Positions 49,416 to 58,951 of a DNA stretch of 64,000 nucleotides are shown piece after piece. The notes under the pieces were generated by a model, which saw only the letters and a list, made by a program, of their open reading frames with translations, searched no databases and was not told the DNA's origin. Position 1 is the first letter of the stretch. Each line of letters starts with the position of its first letter. The stretch spans positions 2,304,001-2,368,000 of the forward strand of contig CAVXGK010000002.1 of NCBI GenBank assembly GCA_963761305.1, given 5' to 3'. This stretch comes from an uncultured Gemmatimonadaceae bacterium (lineage in GTDB: Bacteria > Gemmatimonadota > Gemmatimonadetes > Gemmatimonadales > Gemmatimonadaceae). The translations under genes were made by a program, and so were the position numbers.

Positions 49416-50225
49416 TCATTCGGGGGGCTTCCTCGGATCCCTCGTCCACACGACGATCGCCCCGCACACGCCCTTGCCGTTCTTGTCCAGCTCCGCCGGC
49501 ACTTCCGACGTGCCCACGTAGACCTCGACCGCCTCGATGTCCTCGGCGGAGAAGTCGTCGAGCGTGCCGCTGTAGGCCATGTTGTGCACGAACATCTGGG
49601 GCACGCACGGGCGCGCTCCGTCGCCGCGCGTCATCAAAACCTGATTGCCGATCCCGCCGCGGCGCGGTACGAGTCGAACCCCGGGGACCTGACGAACGAT
49701 ATCCGTGCCCGAGCGGGCGCCCCGTCGCTCGATCTCGGCGCGGCTGATGAACGTCCCGCGATTCACTCCTTGGCGGCGCGCAAAGTCGTCGAGCCAGTGC
49801 GTCTTGTTCATCGTGTCCGACACGGCCACCGTCGGCAACGATTGCGCGGTCGGTGTGAGCGCGAACTTCGCGCGCTGCACCTTGCCCGGCTTGAGCACGG
49901 CGGTGAAGCTCGCCGACTCGAAGCCGATGCGACGCACGTTGAAGACCGACGTGCCCGGCGGGAGTCCCGCGATGCGGAACTCACCGCTGTCGCCGGTGAT
50001 CGCGTGCACCTTGTCGGATTTGTTGAGCGTGATCTCGGCGCCGGCTACGCCGGTGCCGGTGCTGTCGATGACGTGCCCGATCAACGTCGCCGGAACGGAA
50101 TCACGCCTCGTCGAATCGGCGAGCGGCGTCTGCGCAAGCACCGGCGCGCCCGCCATGATGACGGTCGCGACGAGAGCGTTGACGATGCTCCATCCGCTGC
50201 CCAAACCCAGCTTTGGGATCGCCAT
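49416..50225 (-). CDS. Exported carboxypeptidase-regulatory-like domain plus TonB-receptor plug-like domain protein (no barrel)
   Basis: Signal (..PVLA-QT), GHVIDSTG..AGAEI, RRIGF, DIVRQVPGV, DIEAVEVY, CGAIVVWTR. Confidence 0.7.
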   Translation of the reverse strand: MAIPKLGLGSGWSIVNALVATVIMAGAPVLAQTPLADSTRRDSVPATLIGHVIDSTGTGVAGAEITLNKSDKVHAITGDSGEFRIAGLPPGTSVFNVRRIGFESASFTAVLKPGKVQRAKFALTPTAQSLPTVAVSDTMNKTHWLDDFARRQGVNRGTFISRAEIERRGARSGTDIVRQVPGVRLVPRRGGIGNQVLMTRGDGARPCVPQMFVHNMAYSGTLDDFSAEDIEAVEVYVGTSEVPAELDKNGKGVCGAIVVWTRDPRKPPE

Positions 50226-50369
50226 GGTCGTACACCTTACGCCTCGGTGAGACTGCAGGCAAGCATCACGTATCGTACCGCTGCCCCCGCGCGGCGCTGG
50301 TAGCGCCACCTTTTAGAACCCCGGTATCTTTGGTCGGCGTCACGGTTCTACCTGTCTACCTCCCCAACA

Positions 50370-51773
50370 ATGTCCACTTTTGACGTCATTTTCATCGGCG
50401 GCGGCCCGGCCGGATACACCGGCGCCATCCGATGCGCCCAACTGGGACTCTCCACCGCCGTCGTCGAGCGGGAGGCGCTTGGCGGCACCTGCGTGATCTG
50501 GGGGTGCATTCCGGCCAAAGCGCTTCTCGAGTCGGCCTCCCTCGCCAACCACGTGAAAAAGGGCGCCGAGTTCGGTGTCTCTCCCGGCGAGATCAAGCTG
50601 GACTTCGGCGTCGCCATGAAGCGGTCGCGCGCCGTGAGCCTCCAGAACTCCAAGGGCGTCGAGTTCCTCTTCAAGAAGAACAAAATCACGTGGATCAAAG
50701 GGACGGGCACATTGACGGGCAAGAACGTCGTCGCGGTCAAGACGGCCGACGGCAAGGATGAAAAGCACGACGCAAAAAAAGCCGTCATCCTCTCGACCGG
50801 TTCCCGCGTGCGCGGACTGGCCCAAATCGGGCTCGAGGTCAACAAGACGACCGTCATCTCGTCCGACGAAGCGCTCATTCTCGAGAAGGCGCCCAAGTCC
50901 ATTCTGATCGTCGGGGCCGGCGCCGTGGGCTGCGAGTTCGCCGACGTGTTCAACGCCTTCGGATCTGAAGTGACCCTATTGGACGTCATGCCGGCCATCC
51001 TCCCGCTCGAGGACGCCGATTCGTCCAAGGAAGTCGAGCGCGCCTTCAAGAAGCGCGGCATCGCCGTGCTCACCGGTGCCAAGATCTCGAATGTGAAGGC
51101 CAATAAGACGTCCGTCTCGATGACAGTTGAGTCGGGCGGCGAGAAGAAAGAGATCACGACCGACGTCGTGCTCGTCGCCGCCGGCCGCGCGCCGGTCGTC
51201 GATGGACTCGGGCTCAAGGAGGCCGGCGTCCAGCTCACCGACCGCGGCTTCATCAAGATCAACGACAAGATGGAGACGACGGCCAAGGGCATCTACGCCG
51301 TCGGCGACGTCGCCGGTCCGCCGATGCTCGCCCACAAGGGCGAGCGCGAGGGCATCGTGCTGGCTGAGCTGCTCGCCGGCAAGGGCACGCACGGCATGGA
51401 CTACGGCAACATCCCCAACGCGACCTATTGCCACCCCGAAGTCGCGTCGGTCGGGCTCACCGAGCAGCAGTGCAAGGACAAGAAGCTCGATTACAAAGTG
51501 GGCAAGTTCCCCTTCATGGCCAGCGGCCGCGCGCGCACATCGGGCGACACGGAAGGCTTCGTGAAGGTCATTCGCGACGCCAAGTACGGCGAGATCCTCG
51601 GCGCGCACATCGTCGGCGCGCACGCCACCGAATTGATCCACGAGCTCGTCGTCGCCCGCGCGAACGAGTTCACCGTCGAAGAAGTGGACCTCGCGATCCA
51701 CGCGCATCCCACGCTGTCAGAGGCGGTCGCCGAGGCGTGTTTGGATTCGCTGGGGAAGATGATTCAGGCGTGA
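50370..51773 (+). CDS. lpdA: Dihydrolipoyl dehydrogenase
   Basis: GGGPAG, GGTCVIWGCIP, GAGAVG, HPTLSE. Confidence 0.96.
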   Translation: MSTFDVIFIGGGPAGYTGAIRCAQLGLSTAVVEREALGGTCVIWGCIPAKALLESASLANHVKKGAEFGVSPGEIKLDFGVAMKRSRAVSLQNSKGVEFLFKKNKITWIKGTGTLTGKNVVAVKTADGKDEKHDAKKAVILSTGSRVRGLAQIGLEVNKTTVISSDEALILEKAPKSILIVGAGAVGCEFADVFNAFGSEVTLLDVMPAILPLEDADSSKEVERAFKKRGIAVLTGAKISNVKANKTSVSMTVESGGEKKEITTDVVLVAAGRAPVVDGLGLKEAGVQLTDRGFIKINDKMETTAKGIYAVGDVAGPPMLAHKGEREGIVLAELLAGKGTHGMDYGNIPNATYCHPEVASVGLTEQQCKDKKLDYKVGKFPFMASGRARTSGDTEGFVKVIRDAKYGEILGAHIVGAHATELIHELVVARANEFTVEEVDLAIHAHPTLSEAVAEACLDSLGKMIQA

Positions 51774-52627
51774 CTACCGGTGGACCGGTGGACCGGTGGA
51801 CCGGTGGACCGCTAGAGCCTGAGAGCGTCGGGGTTCCAACCCCGGCCGCGCAATTCTCGGCCTTCGGCTTGGAGCCGGAAGCCGGGAGCCAGGAGCCTGG
51901 AGCTGCGTTTCCGCCCGCGGTCCCGGTCCACCGGTCAACCGGTCAACCGGTCCACCGCCTCTTAGTCGAGCATCTCGGCCTCACCCCCTACGCCGATGCG
52001 CTCGAGTATCAGCGCGCCGTCGCCAAGGCGCGCATCAGCGGCGAGATCCCGGACGACGTCCTGCTCCTCGTCGAGCATCCGCCGGTCGTGACGCTTGGCC
52101 GCACGTCGAAGGAGCGGCATCTGCTCGCGTCGCCCGCGCAGCTGGCGGCGCGCGGCATCGAGCTGTTCGAGGTGGAGCGCGGCGGCGACGTGACGTTTCA
52201 CGGGCCGGGGCAGCTTGTCGGCTACCCGATCATCGATCTCAAGCAGCATCGCCGCGACCTGCACTGGTATCTGCGCACGCTCGAGTCGGCGCTCATCGAG
52301 GCGCTCGGCGAGTTCGGGATCCCGGCCGAGCGAAACGTCGGATTCACCGGCGTCTGGACCCAGGGGCGCAAAATCGCCTCGATCGGCGTGCACGCGCGCG
52401 ACTGGGTGACATGGCACGGCTTCGCCCTCAACGTGTCGACTGACCTCACCTACTTCGACACGATCGTCCCCTGTGGCATCGACGCCGTGACCATGACGTC
52501 GATCGCCCGGGAAACGGCGGGAAACACGGTGGACATGACGCGTGTAGAATCCGCGGTCGTCACCGCGCTCGCCGCGGCCTTTGGCCTGACTCCGCGCGCC
52601 GTCGCTCGGGTCGCGGACGTCCGCTAG
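51770..52627 (+). CDS. lipB: Octanoyltransferase LipB with a 60-aa repeat-derived N-terminal insert
   Basis: LVEHPPVVTLG, RGGDVTFHGPGQ, KIASIG, HGFALN, IVPCG; GTG overlaps the lpdA stop. Confidence 0.93.
   Translation: MTTGGPVDRWTGGPLEPESVGVPTPAAQFSAFGLEPEAGSQEPGAAFPPAVPVHRSTGQPVHRLLVEHLGLTPYADALEYQRAVAKARISGEIPDDVLLLVEHPPVVTLGRTSKERHLLASPAQLAARGIELFEVERGGDVTFHGPGQLVGYPIIDLKQHRRDLHWYLRTLESALIEALGEFGIPAERNVGFTGVWTQGRKIASIGVHARDWVTWHGFALNVSTDLTYFDTIVPCGIDAVTMTSIARETAGNTVDMTRVESAVVTALAAAFGLTPRAVARVADVR
51778..51957. mobile_element. Putative non-autonomous palindromic element (180 bp) with octamer-array arms
   Basis: (GGTGGACC)4 at 51779-51810; GGTCCACC GGTCAACC GGTCAACC GGTCCACC at 51925-51956; internal heptamers (GRAGCYN)x5 at 51871-51905. 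Mobility is inferred. Confidence 0.55.
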
Positions 52628-52641
52628 GTTTTTGGGAAGGC

Positions 52642-52679
52642 CGTCCACCCGTCCACCCGTCCACCCGTCCACCCGTCCA
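52642..52679 (+). repeat. Octamer array (CGTCCACC)x4 plus a partial unit
   Basis: Directly abuts ATG 52680. Confidence 0.92.
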
Positions 52680-53105
52680 ATGATCCATTCTTCCGTCAGC
52701 CGCAGGACCGTTTTCGTCGGCGCGGCGTTGGCTTCGGCCGCGCTCATCGCCGCGTGCGAGGACAAGCGAGTCAAGGAGCTCAACGCCGGCATCACCCGCG
52801 ACTCGGCCGTCACCGTGATGGCGCACGACCTCAAGCCCGGCGCGACGTCGGACTCGTTCCCGAACGTGTACACGCGTGAGCGGTTTCTCCTCGGCGGAAA
52901 GAGCGTGGAAGTGCTCTACTTCACCCCGGAGAACGACAAGGCCCGCGTGGCCGCCACCGGTCAGGAAGCGCTGAAGGTCAGGGACTCCATCCCATACAAC
53001 AGACTCACGCCGATCGTGTTCATCGACAATCGGCTGGCTGGCCGAGGATGGGCGTACTGGGACAGCATGTCGACCGCCAACAAGATCCCGGTGAAGAAGC
53101 ACTAG
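52680..53105 (+). CDS. Hypothetical lipoprotein
   Basis: SRRTVF plus hydrophobic stretch plus lipobox LIAAC; C-terminal TPIVFIDNRLAGRGW. Confidence 0.75.
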   Translation: MIHSSVSRRTVFVGAALASAALIAACEDKRVKELNAGITRDSAVTVMAHDLKPGATSDSFPNVYTRERFLLGGKSVEVLYFTPENDKARVAATGQEALKVRDSIPYNRLTPIVFIDNRLAGRGWAYWDSMSTANKIPVKKH

Positions 53106-53125
53106 CGCGAAGTCCTGCAGAGCAC

Positions 53126-53160
53126 ACGGCGCCGAGGCATTTGCCTCGGCGCCGTTTTTT
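53126..53160 (+). terminator. Intrinsic terminator
   Basis: ACGGCGCCGAGGC-attt-GCCTCGGCGCCGT followed by a T-run. Confidence 0.9.
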
Positions 53161-53181
53161 GCGTCCACCGGTCCACTAAAT

Positions 53182-53215
53182 CGAAAGGGCCCCGTCTTTC
53201 GACGGAGCCCTTTCG
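53182..53215 (-). terminator. Terminator hairpin for the large surface-protein gene
   Basis: Minus strand CGAAAGGGCTCCGTC-GAAA-GACGGGGCCCTTTCG, 19 nt after the stop. Confidence 0.8.
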
Positions 53216-53234
53216 TACTGCTTGCACCCCAGAA

Positions 53235-56200
53235 TTACGGGGTGGTGAGGGTGATGGTCTGGATCGGCGTCTGGATCGCGTCGCCGTTCGCGTTGATGCC
53301 AATGATCACGACATCAAGCACGATCGTACCCGGGTTCGGCGGCGTCAGGTTCTGCGGACCACCGAGGTGGCTCGCAGGTGTCGCAGCCGGCGGGTTCCAG
53401 GTGAAGGCAAAGTTCCACGTGCGGTTGATACCGTTGTCCGACGTGCTCGGAGCGGATGCGACTGCATCCGTCGACGGGGCAAGGAACCACACCGCCGTCG
53501 TCGTCGGGCGATACCAGAGCTGCGTGGCGACGAACGGGTTCGTGAAGATGCCCGTTGCACCAGTCGCAACCGCCGTGAGTACCGTCGACGTCGGGTTGGC
53601 CGCCGTCACCGACGACGGGCCGTTCGAGACGTTCGCGGCGCTGGCGCTGATGGCGAAGCCGCCAGAGAAGTTCGTCCAAGCCGTAGCGCCGCCAACGAAG
53701 TTGGTGGGCTGGCTCGCAAGGACGATGTCCTTGAAGCCGACGTTGGCCGACGGATCCTGAGCGCTGACGAAGAAGTCCGTCGCGTTCGTGGTGTTGGCAA
53801 CCGTCGCCGTCGGAGCCGCCACGCCGTTGTTCACCTGGAGGTTCTTGATGAAGTTCGGCAGTGTCGGGCTGATCGGGGTCGAGTTCGTCAGAACGTTGTC
53901 GAACGCAACGCCCGGTCCCGTGGTGATGGCGTACTGATAGATACCGCTCGGGTAGGCAACTGCCGGCCACGAGGCGACGAAGTCACCCACGCCCGTAGCC
54001 GCGTTGTCCGTCACGTTCGCCGGGAGGGCGGTCGTGGCGTTACCCGTGATCGTCGGCGGAACGTCAACGTTGACGACGGTCGGGATCGAGTTGTCGCCAA
54101 GGATGGTGGCCTTGAACGCGGACGACACGTTGTTGGCCTGGTCAGAGGCGATGATCTCGGTCGTGAAGTAACCGTTCACCTGCGGAACGTTGCCGCTCGA
54201 GGGGAACGTCGAAGCGGTTGGCACACCGCCCGGCGTGTAAGGAACCGGCGAGCAGAAGCCGACCTGCGTGCCGTTGGCCGCGAAAACCGGCAATGCGTTC
54301 GTGGCAGCCTTAGCCGACGTGGCGTTGAAGCGGCCGATGACGCACGGGTTGAGCGTGCTGTTCGGCGTGGCGCTGAAGATTTCGCCCAAGCCGGCGCGAG
54401 CCGCAGCGGCAATGTTGCTCGAAACGACGTTCTCGAAGCCCGTCACGCTCGTGCTCGTGGTGAAGCCGTTCCACTCACGAACCTGGGCGACGAGGACCGT
54501 ACCCGGACCAGCGTACGTGCCGATGCCCGAGGAACCGATCGTGCCGTTGTCGATCACGTTGAAGACGTAGTTGCCCGGGGTCGCCGGGTTGTTGTACACG
54601 TTGCCCTGGGCTTCGCCGCTCACGAACGTGAGTGTCGGCGGCGTCAGGTCGACGCCGAACTTCGCCGAAGCCGGAGCCGCACCAGCCGACCACTGCGGGC
54701 AAGCACCGGTCGGGCAGACCCACGACGTATCCGCGTTGCCGAGCCGGTCGGTCGTGATCTGGCGGAGCAGGTTCGCGGTACCCGTCGCCGTCTCGGCCAG
54801 GTTCGCCGGGTTGGCAACGGTCGTGAACGTGCCGGTGTTGGACGTGCCGGTCTGGAAGAACACCGTGACCGAGTCGACGCCCGAGAAATCGCAGTTGCTC
54901 GTCGTCGTCACACCACCAACCGGAACGCAGCTCATGAACGGCGGCACGCCAGCCGCATCAAAGCCCAGACGGTCGGCGCCGCGATAGCCGGCGGCCGAGT
55001 CGCCCGCGAAGCGGAACGAAGCGTTGAGGAAGCCGTTCGGGCCGGTGTTCTGATCCGTGTTGCTCGCCAGCGTGAGCCCACCGGAGGTTGGCTTCTGCGT
55101 GTCGAGCCGGAACGGATTCGTGCCACCGCAGAAGGCTCCGCAGAACTGCGGAACGCCACCGGCGCCGGGGTTCGCCAAGTACGACGAAGCCGTCACGATG
55201 CCGAACCCGTTCGGATTCTGGAACGTGTTGCCGGAGTTGTCGACCGCGACGACGCCCACCGTGGCGTCGGAGTTCGCGTCGGTCTTGCTGTCGATGTTCA
55301 GCGGGTTCGTCGACGCCGGGTTGTTGGTGTCGAGGAAGGTCAACGACTGCGCCGCGGAGCCCACCGAGCCGTTCTTCCCCTCATACGAAATCGTCGCCGA
55401 AACCGACGAGCGATTCGGGGTGAAGAAAACAGGCAATTCGGAGATCGTCACGTCGCCGCCGTGCCAGGCGAGGCCCGTCAGCGGGTTGGTCGCTTGCTTC
55501 GTCGACGCCATGGTCCCGACGATCACGTCAGGGTTCACGAGGACCAAGGTCTCCGTGTTCGAACCAGCCGGCGTACCCTGCGCCGTGCGAGCGCGACCCT
55601 TGATCGTGCAGTTGCCGTTCTTGAACGACGGCACGCCCGTGGTCGAATTGAAGTTCGCCGTGTTGTAGCTGAGCTGAACCGGCGCGGCGGCCGCCTCGGC
55701 GGCCAGCGGGACCTTGTCGGACGAACCGAGGTTCTGGCTCGCGACGACCGTGTCCGTGCCCGAGTTGCCCGGGCCCGTGCAATTCAGGATCAGGTCGATG
55801 CCCGTGAGCGTCTGCGTGCCGGGATCAACGTTCATCGTCACGTCGATCTGGCCCATGATCGCGGCAAGGTTCGCCGGCACCGAATTACAGTTGCCGAGGA
55901 CCGAGCACGTGGTCTGGTTGACGCTCGCGACGGTAACCGTCGCATTGACCGTCGCGCCGACCGTAACGACTGCGGCGCCCGTCACCGACGGATTCGCCTT
56001 CGAGGCGGCGATGATCGTCGCCGTACCACCGGCAACTGCGGTCACGACGCCGGTCTGGTCGACGGTCGCAATCGTGGAGGACGAGGACGTCCACGTCACG
56101 GTGCGATCGGTCACGCCCGCGCCGGCATCAACCGACGCCGCAAGCGTAACCTTGTCCCCGATCTTCATCGGGATCGGGCCAGCGGGTGACACCGTAACCG

Positions 56201-56318
56201 AGTGCACCGTGCTGTCAATCGGGTTCGGCGGGACCGTCACTTTGTCGCCGCAAGCCACTGTCAGGCCCGCGTACGCAAAGACGCCCGCCACTAAAAGAGA
56301 ACGAACTACGGATGGCAT
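53235..56318 (-). CDS. Large surface lipoprotein with N-terminal bacterial Ig-like (Big_2) domain, 1027 aa
   Basis: AAGGGGG RBS, lipobox LTVAC, SVTVSP...VTWTSSSSTIATVDQTGVVTAV Big_2 pattern; T/A/N/G/S/V-rich. Confidence 0.85.
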   Translation of the reverse strand: MPSVVRSLLVAGVFAYAGLTVACGDKVTVPPNPIDSTVHSVTVSPAGPIPMKIGDKVTLAASVDAGAGVTDRTVTWTSSSSTIATVDQTGVVTAVAGGTATIIAASKANPSVTGAAVVTVGATVNATVTVASVNQTTCSVLGNCNSVPANLAAIMGQIDVTMNVDPGTQTLTGIDLILNCTGPGNSGTDTVVASQNLGSSDKVPLAAEAAAAPVQLSYNTANFNSTTGVPSFKNGNCTIKGRARTAQGTPAGSNTETLVLVNPDVIVGTMASTKQATNPLTGLAWHGGDVTISELPVFFTPNRSSVSATISYEGKNGSVGSAAQSLTFLDTNNPASTNPLNIDSKTDANSDATVGVVAVDNSGNTFQNPNGFGIVTASSYLANPGAGGVPQFCGAFCGGTNPFRLDTQKPTSGGLTLASNTDQNTGPNGFLNASFRFAGDSAAGYRGADRLGFDAAGVPPFMSCVPVGGVTTTSNCDFSGVDSVTVFFQTGTSNTGTFTTVANPANLAETATGTANLLRQITTDRLGNADTSWVCPTGACPQWSAGAAPASAKFGVDLTPPTLTFVSGEAQGNVYNNPATPGNYVFNVIDNGTIGSSGIGTYAGPGTVLVAQVREWNGFTTSTSVTGFENVVSSNIAAAARAGLGEIFSATPNSTLNPCVIGRFNATSAKAATNALPVFAANGTQVGFCSPVPYTPGGVPTASTFPSSGNVPQVNGYFTTEIIASDQANNVSSAFKATILGDNSIPTVVNVDVPPTITGNATTALPANVTDNAATGVGDFVASWPAVAYPSGIYQYAITTGPGVAFDNVLTNSTPISPTLPNFIKNLQVNNGVAAPTATVANTTNATDFFVSAQDPSANVGFKDIVLASQPTNFVGGATAWTNFSGGFAISASAANVSNGPSSVTAANPTSTVLTAVATGATGIFTNPFVATQLWYRPTTTAVWFLAPSTDAVASAPSTSDNGINRTWNFAFTWNPPAATPASHLGGPQNLTPPNPGTIVLDVVIIGINANGDAIQTPIQTITLTTP

Positions 56319-56833
56319 CTTACCCCCTTGGTAAGTGATGCGATGTGAAAACCAAGAACTTCGACTTCGCTACCCTTCGACTTCTTACATCCTCACAGCG
56401 CGCCACGCCTTCGGTGAGACGACCGCGTTCGTCCGCGACACGTCGGGGAATCGTGGCTCTTCCCCCTGGAAAATTCGCAAAACACAACACTGGCACAAAA
56501 AGAGTCAGTTCGCCAAACGACCCAAGATATGGGCGACCGTCAAGTCGGTCAAGAACGCGGTTCTCGACGACTTACCCGGCTTACCGCTCTGTTTTCTCGA
56601 ACTGTCGCCTGCACAGCCTTGCGCGCGGCCCAGAAACCAGCCAACAAAATTGACACAAAGCCACGCGAACCCCGAGGCCGAAATTGGCCCTGGTGTCGGA
56701 TTAGGACGCGGACCCTCGCCGCAGGTAACGCCGACCGTCACGCATTCCGGACTTCGCAACCAATTATTTGCTACAGCGTGACTTCCCGCACGGCGCCGCT
56801 ACCGAAACCAACCCGAAGCGATAACTTGCCGCC

Positions 56834-58951
56834 ATGCAGCCGAGCGACGTCGCCCCCACCCCCAGTCCACTCGTCTATCCCTCTCGAGAACGAAGCGTCG
56901 ACGCAACCCCACGGGACTTTACCGCGGAGCTGAACCGCGAACAGGCCGCTGCGGCCACTCATGGCTCGGGGCCCCTCCTCATCATCGCCGGGGCCGGGAC
57001 CGGAAAAACCAGGACCCTGGTGTACCGGGTCGCACACCTTATAGAACGGGGGGTTGCTCCCGAGAGGATTCTCCTCCTCACCTTCACCCGTCGCGCCGCG
57101 CACGAGATGCTCTCCCGCGCCGAGCGGCTGGTCGGGTCGGCATCAACCCGGGTGCAAGGCGGAACGTTCCACGCCACGGGGCATCGGTTGCTCCGCAAGT
57201 TCGGTCCCGAGGCGGGACTCGCCCGCGACTTCTCGATCATGGACCAGGGCGACGCCGAAGACCTCATGCAGCTCGCCCGCGGCAGCCTCGGATTCGGCAA
57301 ATCCGAAAAGCGATTCCCCAAGAAGGAAACGCTGCACTACGTCTACTCTCGGCACATCAACGCCGAGATCCCGATCGAGGCGCTGATCGAGCGCGAGTTC
57401 CCGCAGTTCCTCGAGCAGATGCCCGACATGGTGCGCGTCTACGCCGAGTACGTGAGCCGGAAATCTGAGCGCAACCTGGTCGACTACGACGACCTGCTGC
57501 TCTTCTGGGCCTTGATGCTCGAGCAGTCGCCGGCGCTCGCCGACCGCATCGCGGGGCAATACGATCACATTCTCGTCGACGAGTATCAGGACACGAACCT
57601 GCTCCAGGCGCGCATCCTCCGCGGGATGTGCCGTACTCATACGAATATCTCCGTCGTCGGCGACGACGCGCAGAGCATCTACTCGTTCCGCGGCGCCAAC
57701 TTCCGGAACATCCTGGATTTTCCGAAGCAGTTCGCGGGCACGGAGGTCGTGGCGCTCGAGCAGAACTATCGCTCGACGCAGCCGATCCTCGATACGACGA
57801 ACACGTTGATCTCACGCGCGCTCGAGCGATTCACCAAGGCGCTGTGGACGACGCGCGCCGGTTCGGAGCCGGCGTGGCTCGTCACCGCGCGCGACGAACA
57901 GCTGCAAACGCGCTTCGTCGTCGATCGGATTCTCGAATTGCACGAGGAAGGCACGCCGCTCCACGAGATGGCGGTGCTCGTGCGCGCAGCGTACATGTCG
58001 GCCGACCTCGAGATCGAGCTCACCAACCGGAACATCCCGTTCGAGAAGTGGGGCGGTCTCAAGTTCCTCGAGGCCGCGCACGTGAAGGACGTCCTCGCGT
58101 TCCTGCGCGTGCTAGACAATCCGCGCGACGAGGTGAGTTGGTACCGCATTCTCATGCTGATGCCCGGCATCGGCGACGCCACGGCCCGCGCGATCATGCA
58201 AACACTGGCCGAGCGGTCGTGGGACCCGGATGCCTTCGGGCGGTTCGACCCGCCGCCGCGCGCGCGCGACGCACATCGCGATCTCGCGGCGCTGCTCCGC
58301 ACGCTGCGTGGGGCGAAGCGCGGCGAAGGCGGGGTCGGCGAAGACATTGACGAGATCCGACAACTATATGATGGGGTTCTGGCGGAGCGTTATGATCGCT
58401 CGGAACCTCGACTGGCTGATCTCGACCAACTGCGCGTAATCGCCGCCGGCTACCCGAGCCGCGCCGCATTCCTGGCCGCGCTCGCCCTCGAGCCGCCGCA
58501 GAGCACGCAGGATCTACCGACGGGCAGCCAATCCGAGGACGACGCGCTCGTCATCAGCACCGTCCACAGCGCCAAGGGCAAAGAGTGGGACGCGGTGTTC
58601 GTGATCTGGGCGGTGGACGGCTGGTTCCCGTCGTCGCGCTCGCTCGACGACGAAGACCAGCTGGAGGAGGAACGCCGATTGATGTACGTCGCGATGACGC
58701 GCGCCAAGAATCACCTCGCGGTGACGTACCCACTCCACGTTTACGCCACGCGCCGCGGGTCCGACTATTCGATCGACCAACTCTCCCGCTTCATCGACCG
58801 CGGCGTCCGCGACAAGATGCGCCGCGTCGTGCCGCAAGATTCGTCGCCCGCCGCCGAGATGCCGCCCGAACGCACCGCCGCGCCGCCGATCGATCTCCGT
58901 GCGCTGCTCCGTGGACGCTTCGAACCGCCGAGCGGTCGGGCGCCAGCCTAG
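56834..58951 (+). CDS. UvrD/PcrA/Rep family ATP-dependent DNA helicase
   Basis: AGAGTGKT, LTFT, TFH, VDEYQDTN, VGDDAQSIYSFRGA, QNYRS, TVHSAKGKE, EEERRLMYVAMTRA. Confidence 0.95.
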   Translation: MQPSDVAPTPSPLVYPSRERSVDATPRDFTAELNREQAAAATHGSGPLLIIAGAGTGKTRTLVYRVAHLIERGVAPERILLLTFTRRAAHEMLSRAERLVGSASTRVQGGTFHATGHRLLRKFGPEAGLARDFSIMDQGDAEDLMQLARGSLGFGKSEKRFPKKETLHYVYSRHINAEIPIEALIEREFPQFLEQMPDMVRVYAEYVSRKSERNLVDYDDLLLFWALMLEQSPALADRIAGQYDHILVDEYQDTNLLQARILRGMCRTHTNISVVGDDAQSIYSFRGANFRNILDFPKQFAGTEVVALEQNYRSTQPILDTTNTLISRALERFTKALWTTRAGSEPAWLVTARDEQLQTRFVVDRILELHEEGTPLHEMAVLVRAAYMSADLEIELTNRNIPFEKWGGLKFLEAAHVKDVLAFLRVLDNPRDEVSWYRILMLMPGIGDATARAIMQTLAERSWDPDAFGRFDPPPRARDAHRDLAALLRTLRGAKRGEGGVGEDIDEIRQLYDGVLAERYDRSEPRLADLDQLRVIAAGYPSRAAFLAALALEPPQSTQDLPTGSQSEDDALVISTVHSAKGKEWDAVFVIWAVDGWFPSSRSLDDEDQLEEERRLMYVAMTRAKNHLAVTYPLHVYATRRGSDYSIDQLSRFIDRGVRDKMRRVVPQDSSPAAEMPPERTAAPPIDLRALLRGRFEPPSGRAPA

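Noticed and set aside
53367..56189. 940-aa plus-strand ORF and many other long overlapping ORFs (e.g. 9271-10875, 23824-25389, 35187-37070, 33230-35083)
   Set aside because: Arg/Ala-rich shadow frames expected opposite or offset from real high-GC genes; no motifs.
56491..56505. sigma54 promoter at TGGCAC
   Set aside because: No TTGC at the required -12 spacing.
56335..56781. ORFs in the region upstream of the surface protein
   Set aside because: Atypical codon usage, no RBS, no motifs; more likely promoter or leader DNA.
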